Of a stretch of 34,184 nucleotides of DNA, positions 25,005 through 34,184 are shown piece after piece. The notes under the pieces were generated by a model. That model saw only the letters and a program-made list of their open reading frames with translations. It did not search any database and was not told the DNA's origin. The DNA lies in the IMG/VR virus record IMGVR_UViG_3300032254_000254, positions 1 to 34,184 of that record. One strand, written 5' to 3'. The position numbers were made by a program, and so were the translations under genes. Source of the stretch: a virus. Its lineage: Duplodnaviria; Caudoviricetes. Every line of letters begins with the position of its first letter. Position 1 is the first letter of the stretch.

Positions 25005-25659
25005 TAGAACGTCGCGTGTCGCTATTCCTGCCCATTTCAGCGGCGGAACGATCCGCGCTTTATTGGATGAAATGAAACGCGCCATTGTTGGCGATGTTGG
25101 TGATACCGACACGGCCGTCACAGGCGCACAGGACGCCGCAGACACCGCGCAAGCGACTGCCTCAAGCGTTCAGACAGATTTGACCGCACACAAGGCGGTT
25201 GAAGCCGATGCGTCGACTTTGGGCCACGTGAATACCGCGTCCGCAGTACAGGACGTTGTAACAGGTGCAGTATCGCTACCGGCCGCCGCTCCTATTGCTT
25301 CGCTTGCCGAGAGCGTGTCGCAAATGGCATTGACCGCGACGGCGTCGGTTGTGTCGGCGAGCGGACAAGACCCGTCGGTTTCAGGCACAGCGGGCGCGGC
25401 GTACACGGCAACCGAACAGGGCATGATTAACGACTGTGCGTCGGCTTTGAATTCGCTGGACACGACCGGGCTCGCTTCGTCGATCAATACGCTGAAAACC
25501 GACGTGAATGCAGCGATCACTAAATACAACAGTTTGCACGATGCTACGAACAGCGCGTTCACGCAGATCGAAACAATAGTCACGAACCAAAATCAGATTT
25601 TGGAGCGTTTAAACAGCCTCATTGAAGGCATGAGAACCGCAGGACAGTTAGAAGAATGA
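24994..25659 (+). CDS. Tail needle-like coiled-coil protein (P22 gp26-like)
   Basis: Follows gp10-like gene; heptad pattern, AAYTATEQGMIND and terminal LIEGMRTAGQLEE resemble needle C-termini. Confidence 0.6.
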   Translation: MAIDRTSRVAIPAHFSGGTIRALLDEMKRAIVGDVGDTDTAVTGAQDAADTAQATASSVQTDLTAHKAVEADASTLGHVNTASAVQDVVTGAVSLPAAAPIASLAESVSQMALTATASVVSASGQDPSVSGTAGAAYTATEQGMINDCASALNSLDTTGLASSINTLKTDVNAAITKYNSLHDATNSAFTQIETIVTNQNQILERLNSLIEGMRTAGQLEE

Positions 25660-26363
25660 TCGTTACACCTTCAAAAGACGCCGAGTTTTTGAACTCGGTG
25701 ATCAATGATCCTACGGTTCGCCCTAGCGTTTGGCCTGGAAACGGACCGCTCGACGCCAAGGCGCTACTCGACGCCGGGGCGGTGTTTTTACGTGCCGAAC
25801 ACGGAGGGTTTCTTTTAGAAGAAAAAGGACCGGGTCTGTTTGAAGTGCATACGGTCTTTCTACCCGAAGGGCGAGGATCGCACGCTCTTGAAGCTTGCCG
25901 CGACGGTATGTTTCATATGTTCACAACGACGCCTTGCGTTGAAGTAATTACACGAATTTCAAAAACCAATGTAGCAGCTAAAAGGCTCGCTCGCTCGGCA
26001 GGCATGAAACGGCTTTTCCAAGTTGAAGTCGGAAACTTCGGCGTCCCCGACGAAATTTATTCGATCCGGCTCGATGAATGGGCGTTTAAAGACCCTCGTT
26101 GCGTCAAAGCTGGCGAATGGTTTCATGGGCGTTTTGACCCGGATCACGAAGACGAACCGGATCATGATCGGTTTGTCGGTGCCACCGTCGAACAAATCAA
26201 AGGTGGTCAGGTTGACAAAGCACTGTTCTTTTACAATCGGTGGGCACTTATGGCGGGCTATGCGTCGATTTCACTTAAAAGCCGAGAACCTCTCGTTCTT
26301 GACATTGTTAGTCATACAGTCCGTTGGGACGGTGAAAATATGGAGGTAACACCATGCCGGTAG
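25656..26363 (+). CDS. GNAT-fold virion assembly protein (P22 gp14-like)
   Basis: FEVHTVFLPEGRG, NVAAKRLARSAGMK; gp14 position. Confidence 0.7.
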   Translation: MIVTPSKDAEFLNSVINDPTVRPSVWPGNGPLDAKALLDAGAVFLRAEHGGFLLEEKGPGLFEVHTVFLPEGRGSHALEACRDGMFHMFTTTPCVEVITRISKTNVAAKRLARSAGMKRLFQVEVGNFGVPDEIYSIRLDEWAFKDPRCVKAGEWFHGRFDPDHEDEPDHDRFVGATVEQIKGGQVDKALFFYNRWALMAGYASISLKSREPLVLDIVSHTVRWDGENMEVTPCR

Positions 26364-27277
26364 GTGCTGCAATTGGTGGCGGAGCTTTAATCGGCGGCGC
26401 TACTACCCTGATCGGGGCGGGACAACAGGCCGACGCTGCGCGAGACGCTTCACAAGTGCAGGCGCAATCGGCACAGCAACAAGTTAATGAAAGCCGCCGT
26501 CAGTTCGATTTGACACGCGACGACTTCTCGCAATTCAGGGAAACCGGAAGCGCGGCCGATAGTGCGCTTCGCTCACTGTTTGGCCTCGGTGATTTCGTGC
26601 CCGCGCAGTCAGCGCCTACCGGCCCGCAGATTTCAGGCAATGTGCCAAATTCTCTCGCGGATTTCCTCGGCCGTAATGGCGGGCGTATTCAGTTGCCGAA
26701 CGGCGGTGTTGTTAATCTGCCTATAGGTGGAAATGTTGGCACACCCGCAGTTGCGTCGGCGGGTTCTGCCACGTCGACCGGCCCGCAAGGTTTGGACGTC
26801 TTTTTCGAAAGCCCAGGCTACCAATTCAATTTGAACGAGGGCTTGAAGACGATCGACCGGATCAACTCGGCCAACGGCACGCTTAACAGCGGTAATCGTT
26901 TGAAAGATGCTACGAAATTCACGTCAGGGCTTGCAAGCAACGAGTTCGGCAACTTCTTTAACCAATTGAATGCGCTTCGTACAGGCGGACAGGCTGCAAC
27001 GACAAGCGGTGCAGCTTTGGGGGCGCAACTAACCGGTCAGATCAATAACGCTCTCGGCAACAGTGGTGCGGCTCGCGCTTCGGGCATTATCGGGGCAGGT
27101 AACGCGAACGCCTCGGCAATTCAAGGCGTAGGGCAGTCAATCGGGCAGGGTTTGTCACTCTTGCCGTTTTTGAACTCGACCAGTAGCGGTGGAAATCTCG
27201 CAGCAACAACACCGTCATTCGGTAATTTTCCGGCTCTTAATACGTCCGGCAGTGATTTGACACTTGGAGGCTTTTAA
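26354..27277 (+). CDS. DNA ejection protein (P22 gp7-like)
   Basis: Gly/Ala-rich N-terminus, SPGYQFNLNEG, LNSGNRLK, GLASNEFGNF, GAARASGIIG. Confidence 0.8.
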   Translation: MPVGAAIGGGALIGGATTLIGAGQQADAARDASQVQAQSAQQQVNESRRQFDLTRDDFSQFRETGSAADSALRSLFGLGDFVPAQSAPTGPQISGNVPNSLADFLGRNGGRIQLPNGGVVNLPIGGNVGTPAVASAGSATSTGPQGLDVFFESPGYQFNLNEGLKTIDRINSANGTLNSGNRLKDATKFTSGLASNEFGNFFNQLNALRTGGQAATTSGAALGAQLTGQINNALGNSGAARASGIIGAGNANASAIQGVGQSIGQGLSLLPFLNSTSSGGNLAATTPSFGNFPALNTSGSDLTLGGF

Positions 27278-28419
27278 TGACTGATTTTGCACTTGCGCGG
27301 TTTGTTCAAGCGCCAAACGGAGCCGAGGCGGTCAATCGCGGCCTCAATCAAGGGCTTTCAACCTTTCTGAATATGGAACAGGCGAAAGTTGCGCCCGAAC
27401 TCAATCAGGAACGGCTAAAGTCGGCGAAGATCAATAACGAACTTGCGCCGTTTCTCGCTGGTGAACGGTTGCAAGGAGTACGCTTAAACAACGAATTGCG
27501 TGCCGCCCGGATCGATAGCCTGAACGGTGAAGAACGCGCCCGAGAGGAAGCGGCCGTTAAACAGGGCCTAGTGCGTGAAATCGACTTCGTGCTACGCGGC
27601 GGACCTGAAACCGAAAGACAGGCACGCTACGCTCAATCTTTGGGACGTGTGCGTCAAGTTATCCCCGGTTTGCAGCTTCCCGATAACTTTGACGATCAAA
27701 CACGGCTTATTCTTGAGAAAGCGCGTGTTGATCTCGGCGGCGACGTGGTTGAACAGCCCGGACCGGTATCGTCAGTCGGTAAACAGAATTTAGACGTCGA
27801 GCGCGGGTTCGCAACAGCGGAAGAAATTGCGGCGTCTCGCAAGCCGAAACCGCCCGTTTCGATCGGTATCAATACAGGTAAACAGGGCGAAGAACTCGGC
27901 AAGCTGTTCGCGAGCCGTTTCGTCCAGTTGGCAGACGCTTCGCAAAACAGCGTGACGCAGGACGCACAACTCGACCGCTTGTCGGCGTTGGTGAAGAATA
28001 CCCCGACCGGGTCGGTCATCGACGCGACGCACGGCCTTCGGGCATTTGCAAGCGGATTGGGCCTTGACCTTGGCGGCGATATCCCGTCCGAGGAAGCGAT
28101 TAACCAGATCGGTACGACCTTCGTTCTCGATCAGATCGGAAAGACGAAAGGTGCGGTATCAGACAAAGAAACCGCCATGTTCGCACGGTCAGCGCCAGGC
28201 CTTGCCCGCACTACCGAGGGTAACCTGTTGATGATTTCATTCTTGAAAAAGATGAATGAGGCAGCCCGCCGCAACTACGGCCGGGCTGTCGAGTTTTATC
28301 GTCAATCGGGCGGCACTTGGGGACCGGAACAACAACTCGCGCTCACACAGTACCAGGAAGAAAACCCGGTATTTGACGACGTGGATATTGAACTATTGCA
28401 GGATTTTGCGGGGCAGTAA
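27277..28419 (+). CDS. DNA ejection protein (gp20 position)
   Basis: 380 aa helical protein with KGAVSDKETAMF...APGL; translationally coupled to both neighbours. Confidence 0.6.
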   Translation: MTDFALARFVQAPNGAEAVNRGLNQGLSTFLNMEQAKVAPELNQERLKSAKINNELAPFLAGERLQGVRLNNELRAARIDSLNGEERAREEAAVKQGLVREIDFVLRGGPETERQARYAQSLGRVRQVIPGLQLPDNFDDQTRLILEKARVDLGGDVVEQPGPVSSVGKQNLDVERGFATAEEIAASRKPKPPVSIGINTGKQGEELGKLFASRFVQLADASQNSVTQDAQLDRLSALVKNTPTGSVIDATHGLRAFASGLGLDLGGDIPSEEAINQIGTTFVLDQIGKTKGAVSDKETAMFARSAPGLARTTEGNLLMISFLKKMNEAARRNYGRAVEFYRQSGGTWGPEQQLALTQYQEENPVFDDVDIELLQDFAGQ

Positions 28420-30749
28420 TGGAAGAAACGCTCGAAGAAAAGAAACGCCGTCGATTGGCTGAATACGGTATTGCGACGCCGAGTGCGGAGGTACCGCAAA
28501 CGCCTGTCGTAGCCGGTGCGCCTTCAATTGACGAACGAAAGCGTCAACGGCTTGCTGAATACGGCATTCCTGAAACGGTGACGCCTTTGTCGGCTCCTGC
28601 GCCCGATGATCGTAGTTTTATCGATAAGGTGGGCGATGCGGCTTCCGGTGCGGTTGATTTCGTAACAGGTCGTGACCGTGGCGGTAGCAGTGACATTCCT
28701 GAACTTGGCAATATTAGCGTCGGCGACGGAATTGTTTTTGATCGCCCCATTGACGCGGCGCTCGATGCGGTTGGGCTGAAAGATGCGCCTGACGCGAAAG
28801 TCTTCTCGCCTGCGCTCCGCATCGCGGGCGGCTTCGTAGCGACCCCGGACGAGAACGCCCGCGCGGATATTGTAAAGGCTGCGCTCCCGGGCACTGAATT
28901 CAAGCAAGACGAACACGGTAACACTATCGTGGTCTTGCCCGACGGCCGCGAGGCTTTCATGAATAAACCGGGTTTCAGTTTGCAGGATTTCAACGACATT
29001 GCGTCCTCGATCGTGAAATTCCTACCGGCTGCGCGCCTCGGTGGTACAGCGGCGAATGTTGGCACCCGAGCCGCTATCACAGGCACCGCGTCAGGCGCTA
29101 CCAGTGTCGGCGAAGACTTGCTCGGTCAGGCGTTTGGTTCTGAACAGGAAATCGACGCCACGCGAGCGGGGTTGACTGCGTTACTCGGATCAGGTGCGGA
29201 ATTTATAACACCTTTGGGACAACGTGCGATTTCGTTTTTCCGCTCAAAGCCCGCCCTGTTCCAAAGTAATACGCTGACCGCCGAAGGCCGTCAGGCGGTC
29301 GAAGCCCTCGGCTTTAATGCCGACGAGGTAACGGCCCGGCTTGCGCATTCCGTCGAGCGCACCGCGCGCACCGCAGTCGATCCTCGTGCCGCGAGAGCGG
29401 TTGCCGAGGCTGACAGTTTCGATTTCCCGCTGACACAGGGGCAGGCGACCGGCAATTTCAAACAGATCGCAACCGAGGAAGGTTTGCGTAGTTCCGGCAA
29501 CAAAGGCGGTGATATTATTCGCGCTTTCGATGATCGGCAGAATGTTCGCGCCCTTGGTGTCGTTGACGATTTGCAAGGTGATCTCGTGACGGCGACAGGC
29601 CGGGCACCGGTTCGGTCCCAAGCGGAAGCCGGAGGCTTACTGCGTGAAGGTATCGAACGCGCTGAACGCTCACTCGGTCAACAGATCGACGCGGCTTATA
29701 CGGCGGCGTCAGGTTTCGAGGCGCAGTTAAATAAGGACGCGATCAAACAGTTCAGCAAAGTAGCGGGCGACATACTCGAGCAAGAAGGCCGCGTTATCGA
29801 CAAGGCATTGACGCCGAGCACCCTTCGGGTTTTGACCGACCTCAAAAACCTACCGAAGATCACTGACGCGAAAACCGGTGTGAACCTCAAGCGGATCGAG
29901 ATCGTTCGTCGTCGTATCAATCAATGGATCGGGGCGGCTGCCAATCCGACGGACCGCTCGAATTCCATCCTCTTGAAAGGCCATTTAGACGGGTTTATCG
30001 ACGATGCGTTCGACAATGCGCTACTCAGTGGCGACGAGGCCGCGCTAGGAGCCCTCAAGAACGCCCGGCAGCTTCGCCGCGAGTATGCAATGCAATTCGG
30101 CAAAGAAGGCGTCAGGGGGCGCGACGCAGGCCGTCAGACGGTGGCTAAAATCCTCGAGCAACAACCGACCGACGAAGGTGTGATCAATTACATCTTTGGT
30201 CGCTCGACCCTGTTCGGTAATCAGGACGCGGCCAAGTCGGTTACACATTTGAAAAACCTTCTCGGCGAGAGCAGCAGTGAATTCGCAGCCCTCAAGGAAG
30301 CCGCCTTTATGCGGTTTGCGAAAGCGTCGATCAAAAACGGGCAGTTTTCACCGCAAAAATTCGTATCTGCGATCGATAATTCGTTCGACAGTAACCCGAC
30401 ATTACTCAAGGAACTGTTTTCCCGTCAGGAACTTGCCGAACTCCGCCGGTTCCGAGGTGTGGTCAATCGCACTATTCCGCCGGTACGGGCTACAAACCGC
30501 AGCGGTACGGCTGGCGCAATCGAACGGTCAGTTCAGGACGGTTTGTCCAGGTTATCATCGATCATGGGCTTTACAGGCGATCCATTGACCGCGTTTGCAA
30601 TTAAGTCAGCGAGCGGAAAGGTTGGAAGCGGTGCCGGAGCGGCGAGAGAAGCGGTTCGGGGTGCGCCTCAGATTTCAGCGCCTAGAGAAAGTACGGCTAT
30701 TGCTGCGGCTATTGCTGCGCTTCGTCCCAATCAATCCAATGACCAGTAG
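28419..30749 (+). CDS. DNA ejection protein (gp16 position)
   Basis: 776 aa; QDEHGNTIV...NKPGFSLQD, PLTQGQATG, NRSGTA; last of three ejection genes. Confidence 0.7.
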   Translation: MEETLEEKKRRRLAEYGIATPSAEVPQTPVVAGAPSIDERKRQRLAEYGIPETVTPLSAPAPDDRSFIDKVGDAASGAVDFVTGRDRGGSSDIPELGNISVGDGIVFDRPIDAALDAVGLKDAPDAKVFSPALRIAGGFVATPDENARADIVKAALPGTEFKQDEHGNTIVVLPDGREAFMNKPGFSLQDFNDIASSIVKFLPAARLGGTAANVGTRAAITGTASGATSVGEDLLGQAFGSEQEIDATRAGLTALLGSGAEFITPLGQRAISFFRSKPALFQSNTLTAEGRQAVEALGFNADEVTARLAHSVERTARTAVDPRAARAVAEADSFDFPLTQGQATGNFKQIATEEGLRSSGNKGGDIIRAFDDRQNVRALGVVDDLQGDLVTATGRAPVRSQAEAGGLLREGIERAERSLGQQIDAAYTAASGFEAQLNKDAIKQFSKVAGDILEQEGRVIDKALTPSTLRVLTDLKNLPKITDAKTGVNLKRIEIVRRRINQWIGAAANPTDRSNSILLKGHLDGFIDDAFDNALLSGDEAALGALKNARQLRREYAMQFGKEGVRGRDAGRQTVAKILEQQPTDEGVINYIFGRSTLFGNQDAAKSVTHLKNLLGESSSEFAALKEAAFMRFAKASIKNGQFSPQKFVSAIDNSFDSNPTLLKELFSRQELAELRRFRGVVNRTIPPVRATNRSGTAGAIERSVQDGLSRLSSIMGFTGDPLTAFAIKSASGKVGSGAGAAREAVRGAPQISAPRESTAIAAAIAALRPNQSNDQ

Positions 30750-30876
30750 CGATGCGGTGTCCGAATTGAATGCCGAAACCTAGAGCTAAAACAATGAGAA
30801 GGGGCGTCCATCCTCCGGCCTCATAAATGAACTGAAGCACGACCATAGTTAGGACTACTGCTAAAATCCGGGTCAT
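30709..30876 (-). CDS. Small two-TM membrane protein (55 aa; absent from ORF track)
   Basis: ATG overlaps the upstream TGA (ATGA); MTRILAVVLTMVVLQFIYEAGGWTPLLIVLALGFGIQFGHRIATGHWIDWDEAQQ. Confidence 0.65.
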   Translation of the reverse strand: MTRILAVVLTMVVLQFIYEAGGWTPLLIVLALGFGIQFGHRIATGHWIDWDEAQQ

Positions 30877-31100
30877 TGACCGACCTTAATTGTGCGAGGG
30901 CATTCCGTTATGCCAGTGTCGAAATTAGGGTTATTGGAGAGTTCGCGTTTCTCGACGCTGAACCCTGCGAAATATTGGCAGGTAACATGGTTTCGGTCTT
31001 GGCGGTCCGAATAAACTAGCAAACCGTTCCCGGTATAAAAGAGAACTGTGCTGAACAGCACGAGGGCTGCAAATACGATAATGGGCCAAGGTTTTTCCAT
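30873..31100 (-). CDS. Small membrane-anchored protein (moron)
   Basis: MEKPWPIIVFAALVLFSTVLFYTG transmembrane segment, then a short domain with two Cys; start ATG 31100 (alternative GTG 31109). Confidence 0.7.
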   Translation of the reverse strand: MEKPWPIIVFAALVLFSTVLFYTGNGLLVYSDRQDRNHVTCQYFAGFSVEKRELSNNPNFDTGITECPRTIKVGQ

Positions 31101-31169
31101 ACCCGGCACAGTAACCCGACACCGTCAAAAACACAATATCCGGTCGCAGTGACCGAACGAAATTCAATC

Positions 31170-31195
31170 AAGCCGCCTCAAATGGGCGGCTTTTT
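31170..31195 (+). terminator. Terminator-like hairpin before tailspike
   Basis: AAGCCGCCT-caaat-GGGCGGCTT followed by TTT. Confidence 0.65.
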
Positions 31196-31210
31196 CTATG
31201 AGGTGAACCA

Positions 31211-33244
31211 ATGGCTAAACGCCTGATCCCGGCGCATATGCGCTTTGTTGACAGTGCGGGCGCTGCATTGAGCGGCGGTAAGCTCTATTTCTATAAGCGT
31301 GATACGTCTGACGCCAAAGATACCTTCTCGGACGAAGCACTCACATCGGCGTCAACGAACCCGGTTGTTTTGGATACGCAGGGCCGCCCTTCGGGAGACA
31401 TTTGGGGTATCGGCGACTATAAAATGGTGCTGACAGCCTCGACCGGCACCCCCGCGAGCCCGATTGCTACATACAATCCCCTATCGGAACTTGTAAGGGC
31501 GGAAACGACGGTTTCAGCCGTTACAGAGTTGACCGCGATTGATGTGAGCACTCTGGAAGACGGGGCACTTGTTCGAGTGGCGGGCGGCGATGAACGGGAC
31601 GGCGTTTTCTATTGGAATGGTTCGGCAACAGACACCGCCGACGGCGGTATTATGGTGCAACCTGACGCGGGCGGAACGGGACGTTGGCAGCGGCTTTATA
31701 ACGGAAAAATAGCCGCCGAATGGTTTGGTTGTAAAGGCGATGCTGCAACGGATAACCTACTGACCCTACAAACCGCGATCGATACCGCAGCAGCGTTGCA
31801 AGTCGGATTGAAACTAGGGAGAGGAACTTTCCTTTCAAGCGGCAACTTAGTCCTGAAAAGCGGGGCGACGGTCGAGGGCGCAGGATACGGAACTGTGCTA
31901 AAGGCGTCCGGCCCCGATGTTCGTATGTTCCAGAATGAAAACCGTACAGGGCCGACGGTGACGGATGCTAATATTCAGGTGCGGAACCTACGCATCGACA
32001 ATACCGCCTCCGGTTCAACTTCCGAATTTTCTCACTGTCTTGATCTTCGCTATATTCGTGATCTGACCGTTGAAAATGTATGGTGTCACAATGCAAAAGG
32101 TGACGGCGTCTATATCTTGTCGTGTGAGGGCTTTACAATACGAGATATCAAATGTGACGGTATCGAACGGCAAGGGGTCGCGGTAGTCGATGGCACTAAT
32201 TTTGTAATTGAAAACATCCGCGCTCGCAATCACGCTAAAACGATTGTCGACTTGGAGCCCAACAGTGGTGATACCATTTCTAACGGCGTCGTTCGGGATG
32301 TTTATTCGGAAGACGGTTCCGAAACTCAAGGGGTAAACATCTGGAACGAAGGGACGCGCGGCGATATTTCTAATGTATTAATTCAAAATATATACGGCAA
32401 GAAATTCAAGTGTCGCGGGGTTCTCAATAGCACGGTATCAGATATTTTTGTCACTAGCGTCGCAGGCGATTACACACTGGAAATTTTCGACAACGGAAAT
32501 ATGCAATTCAATAATATTAATGTTCTCGGTAGTGCGATCGTCAATCAGAAAATCAAGATTTCTTCATGCAACCACTGTGTCTGGCGCGGCGTCAATGTCG
32601 AAGGCTCGGCAAGTGCTTCTTTTAGTTGCTTTGAACTACTGAGTAGCTCGCACATCACAATCTATGACCTACATATTTCGAACGCCGGAAACAACGGCAT
32701 CTGGTGGCGAGATAGTGACTATTGCCGCTTCGTTAACCCCGTTATCGAGGATGATATCGCGAATGCGGTATATTTTGACGGCAATGCTGGGACTGGAAAT
32801 TCATATTCCAGGGTTGAAGGCTTATTGACTGTTAACTCGACCCGCGCACTCCGGCTCGACGCCGGAACAAACGGTAAAATATACCTAGACGGTAACATCG
32901 AAGGCAGTACCGCGAAAGTATCCGCGTCCGGGTCATCAACGCACTTTATCGAACTCGGCATACTGGAGGGGTACAGCACTTATTACGGTTCAGCGACGGT
33001 TGACCCTGCCTCGGTCGCCGACGGTGCTGAACAAACTATTGAGATAACCGTAACAGGTGCCGCCCCCGGCGACTATGTGGAAGTGTGGCCCCCTTACGGC
33101 TTGGGAGGGCTGTCCATGTCGGCCGACGTCAACGGTTCTCACAATGTTCGAATTGTGCTCAGTAATCAGACCGGCGGGGCGACGGACCTTGGCTCCGGCG
33201 TTTGGCGTGCTCGGGTTACAAAATACTGGATTGAGGCGACTTAA
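31211..33244 (+). CDS. Tailspike with right-handed beta-helix (pectate-lyase-like) domain
   Basis: N-terminal particle-binding region (LSGGKLYFY...NPVVLD), EWFGCKGDAATDN, Asn/Ile/Val-rich beta-helix rungs, C-terminal beta-sandwich. Confidence 0.87.
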   Translation: MAKRLIPAHMRFVDSAGAALSGGKLYFYKRDTSDAKDTFSDEALTSASTNPVVLDTQGRPSGDIWGIGDYKMVLTASTGTPASPIATYNPLSELVRAETTVSAVTELTAIDVSTLEDGALVRVAGGDERDGVFYWNGSATDTADGGIMVQPDAGGTGRWQRLYNGKIAAEWFGCKGDAATDNLLTLQTAIDTAAALQVGLKLGRGTFLSSGNLVLKSGATVEGAGYGTVLKASGPDVRMFQNENRTGPTVTDANIQVRNLRIDNTASGSTSEFSHCLDLRYIRDLTVENVWCHNAKGDGVYILSCEGFTIRDIKCDGIERQGVAVVDGTNFVIENIRARNHAKTIVDLEPNSGDTISNGVVRDVYSEDGSETQGVNIWNEGTRGDISNVLIQNIYGKKFKCRGVLNSTVSDIFVTSVAGDYTLEIFDNGNMQFNNINVLGSAIVNQKIKISSCNHCVWRGVNVEGSASASFSCFELLSSSHITIYDLHISNAGNNGIWWRDSDYCRFVNPVIEDDIANAVYFDGNAGTGNSYSRVEGLLTVNSTRALRLDAGTNGKIYLDGNIEGSTAKVSASGSSTHFIELGILEGYSTYYGSATVDPASVADGAEQTIEITVTGAAPGDYVEVWPPYGLGGLSMSADVNGSHNVRIVLSNQTGGATDLGSGVWRARVTKYWIEAT

Positions 33245-33296
33245 TCTCGGCACTCGTCTTAATAAAAATTAACCTAACGAAACACGAGGGGCGATT

Positions 33297-33566
33297 ATGT
33301 CCGAACCGACAAATAAAGAATTGTTAGCGGTTATTACGGCCGACGCCGAAGCTCGCGCAGAATATCAACGGAATTCCGTCAGTTGGCGCGCGGAACACGA
33401 CAAAAAGCACGAGAAGATCGAAGCGCGATTAGCTTCGGTCGAGAAGACTTTCGAGCAAGGAAAGGGCGCGGCTACTGTACTTATGAACCTTGGCAAGATT
33501 GTCGGGTTGATTGTGTTGATCACTGCCGCCATCGGTACGGCTCTTAAATCGATGAAAGGGGCCTAA
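33297..33566 (+). CDS. Lysis-cassette membrane protein (coiled coil + C-terminal TM; holin-like)
   Basis: IEARLASVEK followed by IVGLIVLITAAIGTAL; upstream of endolysin. Confidence 0.55.
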   Translation: MSEPTNKELLAVITADAEARAEYQRNSVSWRAEHDKKHEKIEARLASVEKTFEQGKGAATVLMNLGKIVGLIVLITAAIGTALKSMKGA

Positions 33567-33568
33567 TC

Positions 33569-33784
33569 GTGACCTTTCGACGAATATTCCTTTTGGCAGT
33601 CGCCGTCTTCCTATCGGTGCTCGCCTGGACAGTCAAAGACCTCACTTCGGAACCCGCGAAAATCATCGCGGGTTCTGTTCTTTGGTGCCTGATTGTTGTG
33701 CTCATGTTGCCGAGTGAACGGTTCAACGTCTCGCAACTGATCACCGTCTTTAAAATGTGGAAGGGTGAAAAAGATGACAAGTAA
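33569..33784 (+). CDS. Putative class II holin
   Basis: 71 aa with two hydrophobic helices and a charged C-terminus; overlaps the endolysin start. Confidence 0.6.
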   Translation: MTFRRIFLLAVAVFLSVLAWTVKDLTSEPAKIIAGSVLWCLIVVLMLPSERFNVSQLITVFKMWKGEKDDK

Positions 33785-34184
33785 ATCCTATTCATTCGGG
33801 AAATCCTCGCTCCGTCGCCTCGGCGAATGTCACGGTGATTTACAACATGTTATGCGTCGGGTAATCCAGCGTCGCGACTGTTCGATCGTCTGCGGCTACC
33901 GTGGCGAAGCGGAGCAAAACAAAGCCTTTAAAGAAGGCAAGTCCAAGCTGAAATTTCCCGAGAGTAAGCATAATCAATCGCCCTCTCTCGCCGTAGATGT
34001 GATCCCTTGGCCTGAAAAGTGGGACAGCGAAAAAGCGTTCCTCGAATTACATGAGATCATCAAAGAGGAAGCTAAAGCGATAGGCGTCAAACTCCGGTGG
34101 GGTGGCGATTGGGACAGTGACGGCGACCGCAGCGATCAGCGCTTCGACGATATGCCCCATTATGAACTTGCAGGGGACGAATGA
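33774..34184 (+). CDS. Endolysin, M15 L-Ala-D-Glu-type peptidase
   Basis: SLRRLGECHGDL, GYRGEAEQ, SKHN...AVD, WGGDW, DMPHYEL; likely start ATG 33774. Confidence 0.92.
   Translation: MTSKSYSFGKSSLRRLGECHGDLQHVMRRVIQRRDCSIVCGYRGEAEQNKAFKEGKSKLKFPESKHNQSPSLAVDVIPWPEKWDSEKAFLELHEIIKEEAKAIGVKLRWGGDWDSDGDRSDQRFDDMPHYELAGDE

Larger units (their letters stand above)
1..34184. mobile_element. Temperate podovirus-like prophage (integrase to endolysin; ends not visible)
   Basis: Contiguous integrase, cI/cro switch, replication, terminase, portal, capsid, P22-order tail/ejection genes, tailspike and lysis genes; no host housekeeping genes seen. Confidence 0.96.

Noticed and set aside
1-34184. attL/attR direct repeats and spanin genes
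   Set aside because: The window ends exactly at the int and endolysin stop codons, so these cannot be assessed.

Overview
The window is an almost complete temperate podovirus-type prophage. It starts at the integrase stop codon and ends at the endolysin stop codon, so att sites and any spanins lie outside it. The int/xis pair, the BTLCP and the DUF6362-like gene suggest an alphaproteobacterial host. The left arm (minus strand, driven by PL at ~12.0 kb) carries small early genes, a pentapeptide-repeat protein, a SprT-like protease, an APSE/BPP-1-like replication set (DUF2800 nuclease, DUF2815 SSB, family A DNA polymerase, VRR-NUC, SNF2 helicase), an HD phosphohydrolase and int. An accessory insert in this arm holds a DUF2829/Tad2-like protein, a lipoprotein LapG-like cysteine protease and a C5-methyltransferase-like gene, with structured intergenic spacers. 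The centre is a cI/cro switch with readable promoters and TGTGT-N3-ACACA operators, followed by a CII-like gene, a primase-helicase, an iteron-rich origin, an HNH gene and late regulators. The right arm (plus strand) has terS, terL, portal, scaffold, an N4-gp56/DUF4043-type capsid, the P22-order gp4/gp10/gp26/gp14/gp7/gp20/gp16-like genes, an antisense two-gene membrane moron, a tailspike and lysis genes. The strongest leads are the Tad2-like + LapG-like cassette, the antisense moron whose promoter architecture matches that of cI, the 24x15-bp pentapeptide array, and CCUCCC-bearing RNA elements. All family calls come from motif recognition by eye, not database searches.
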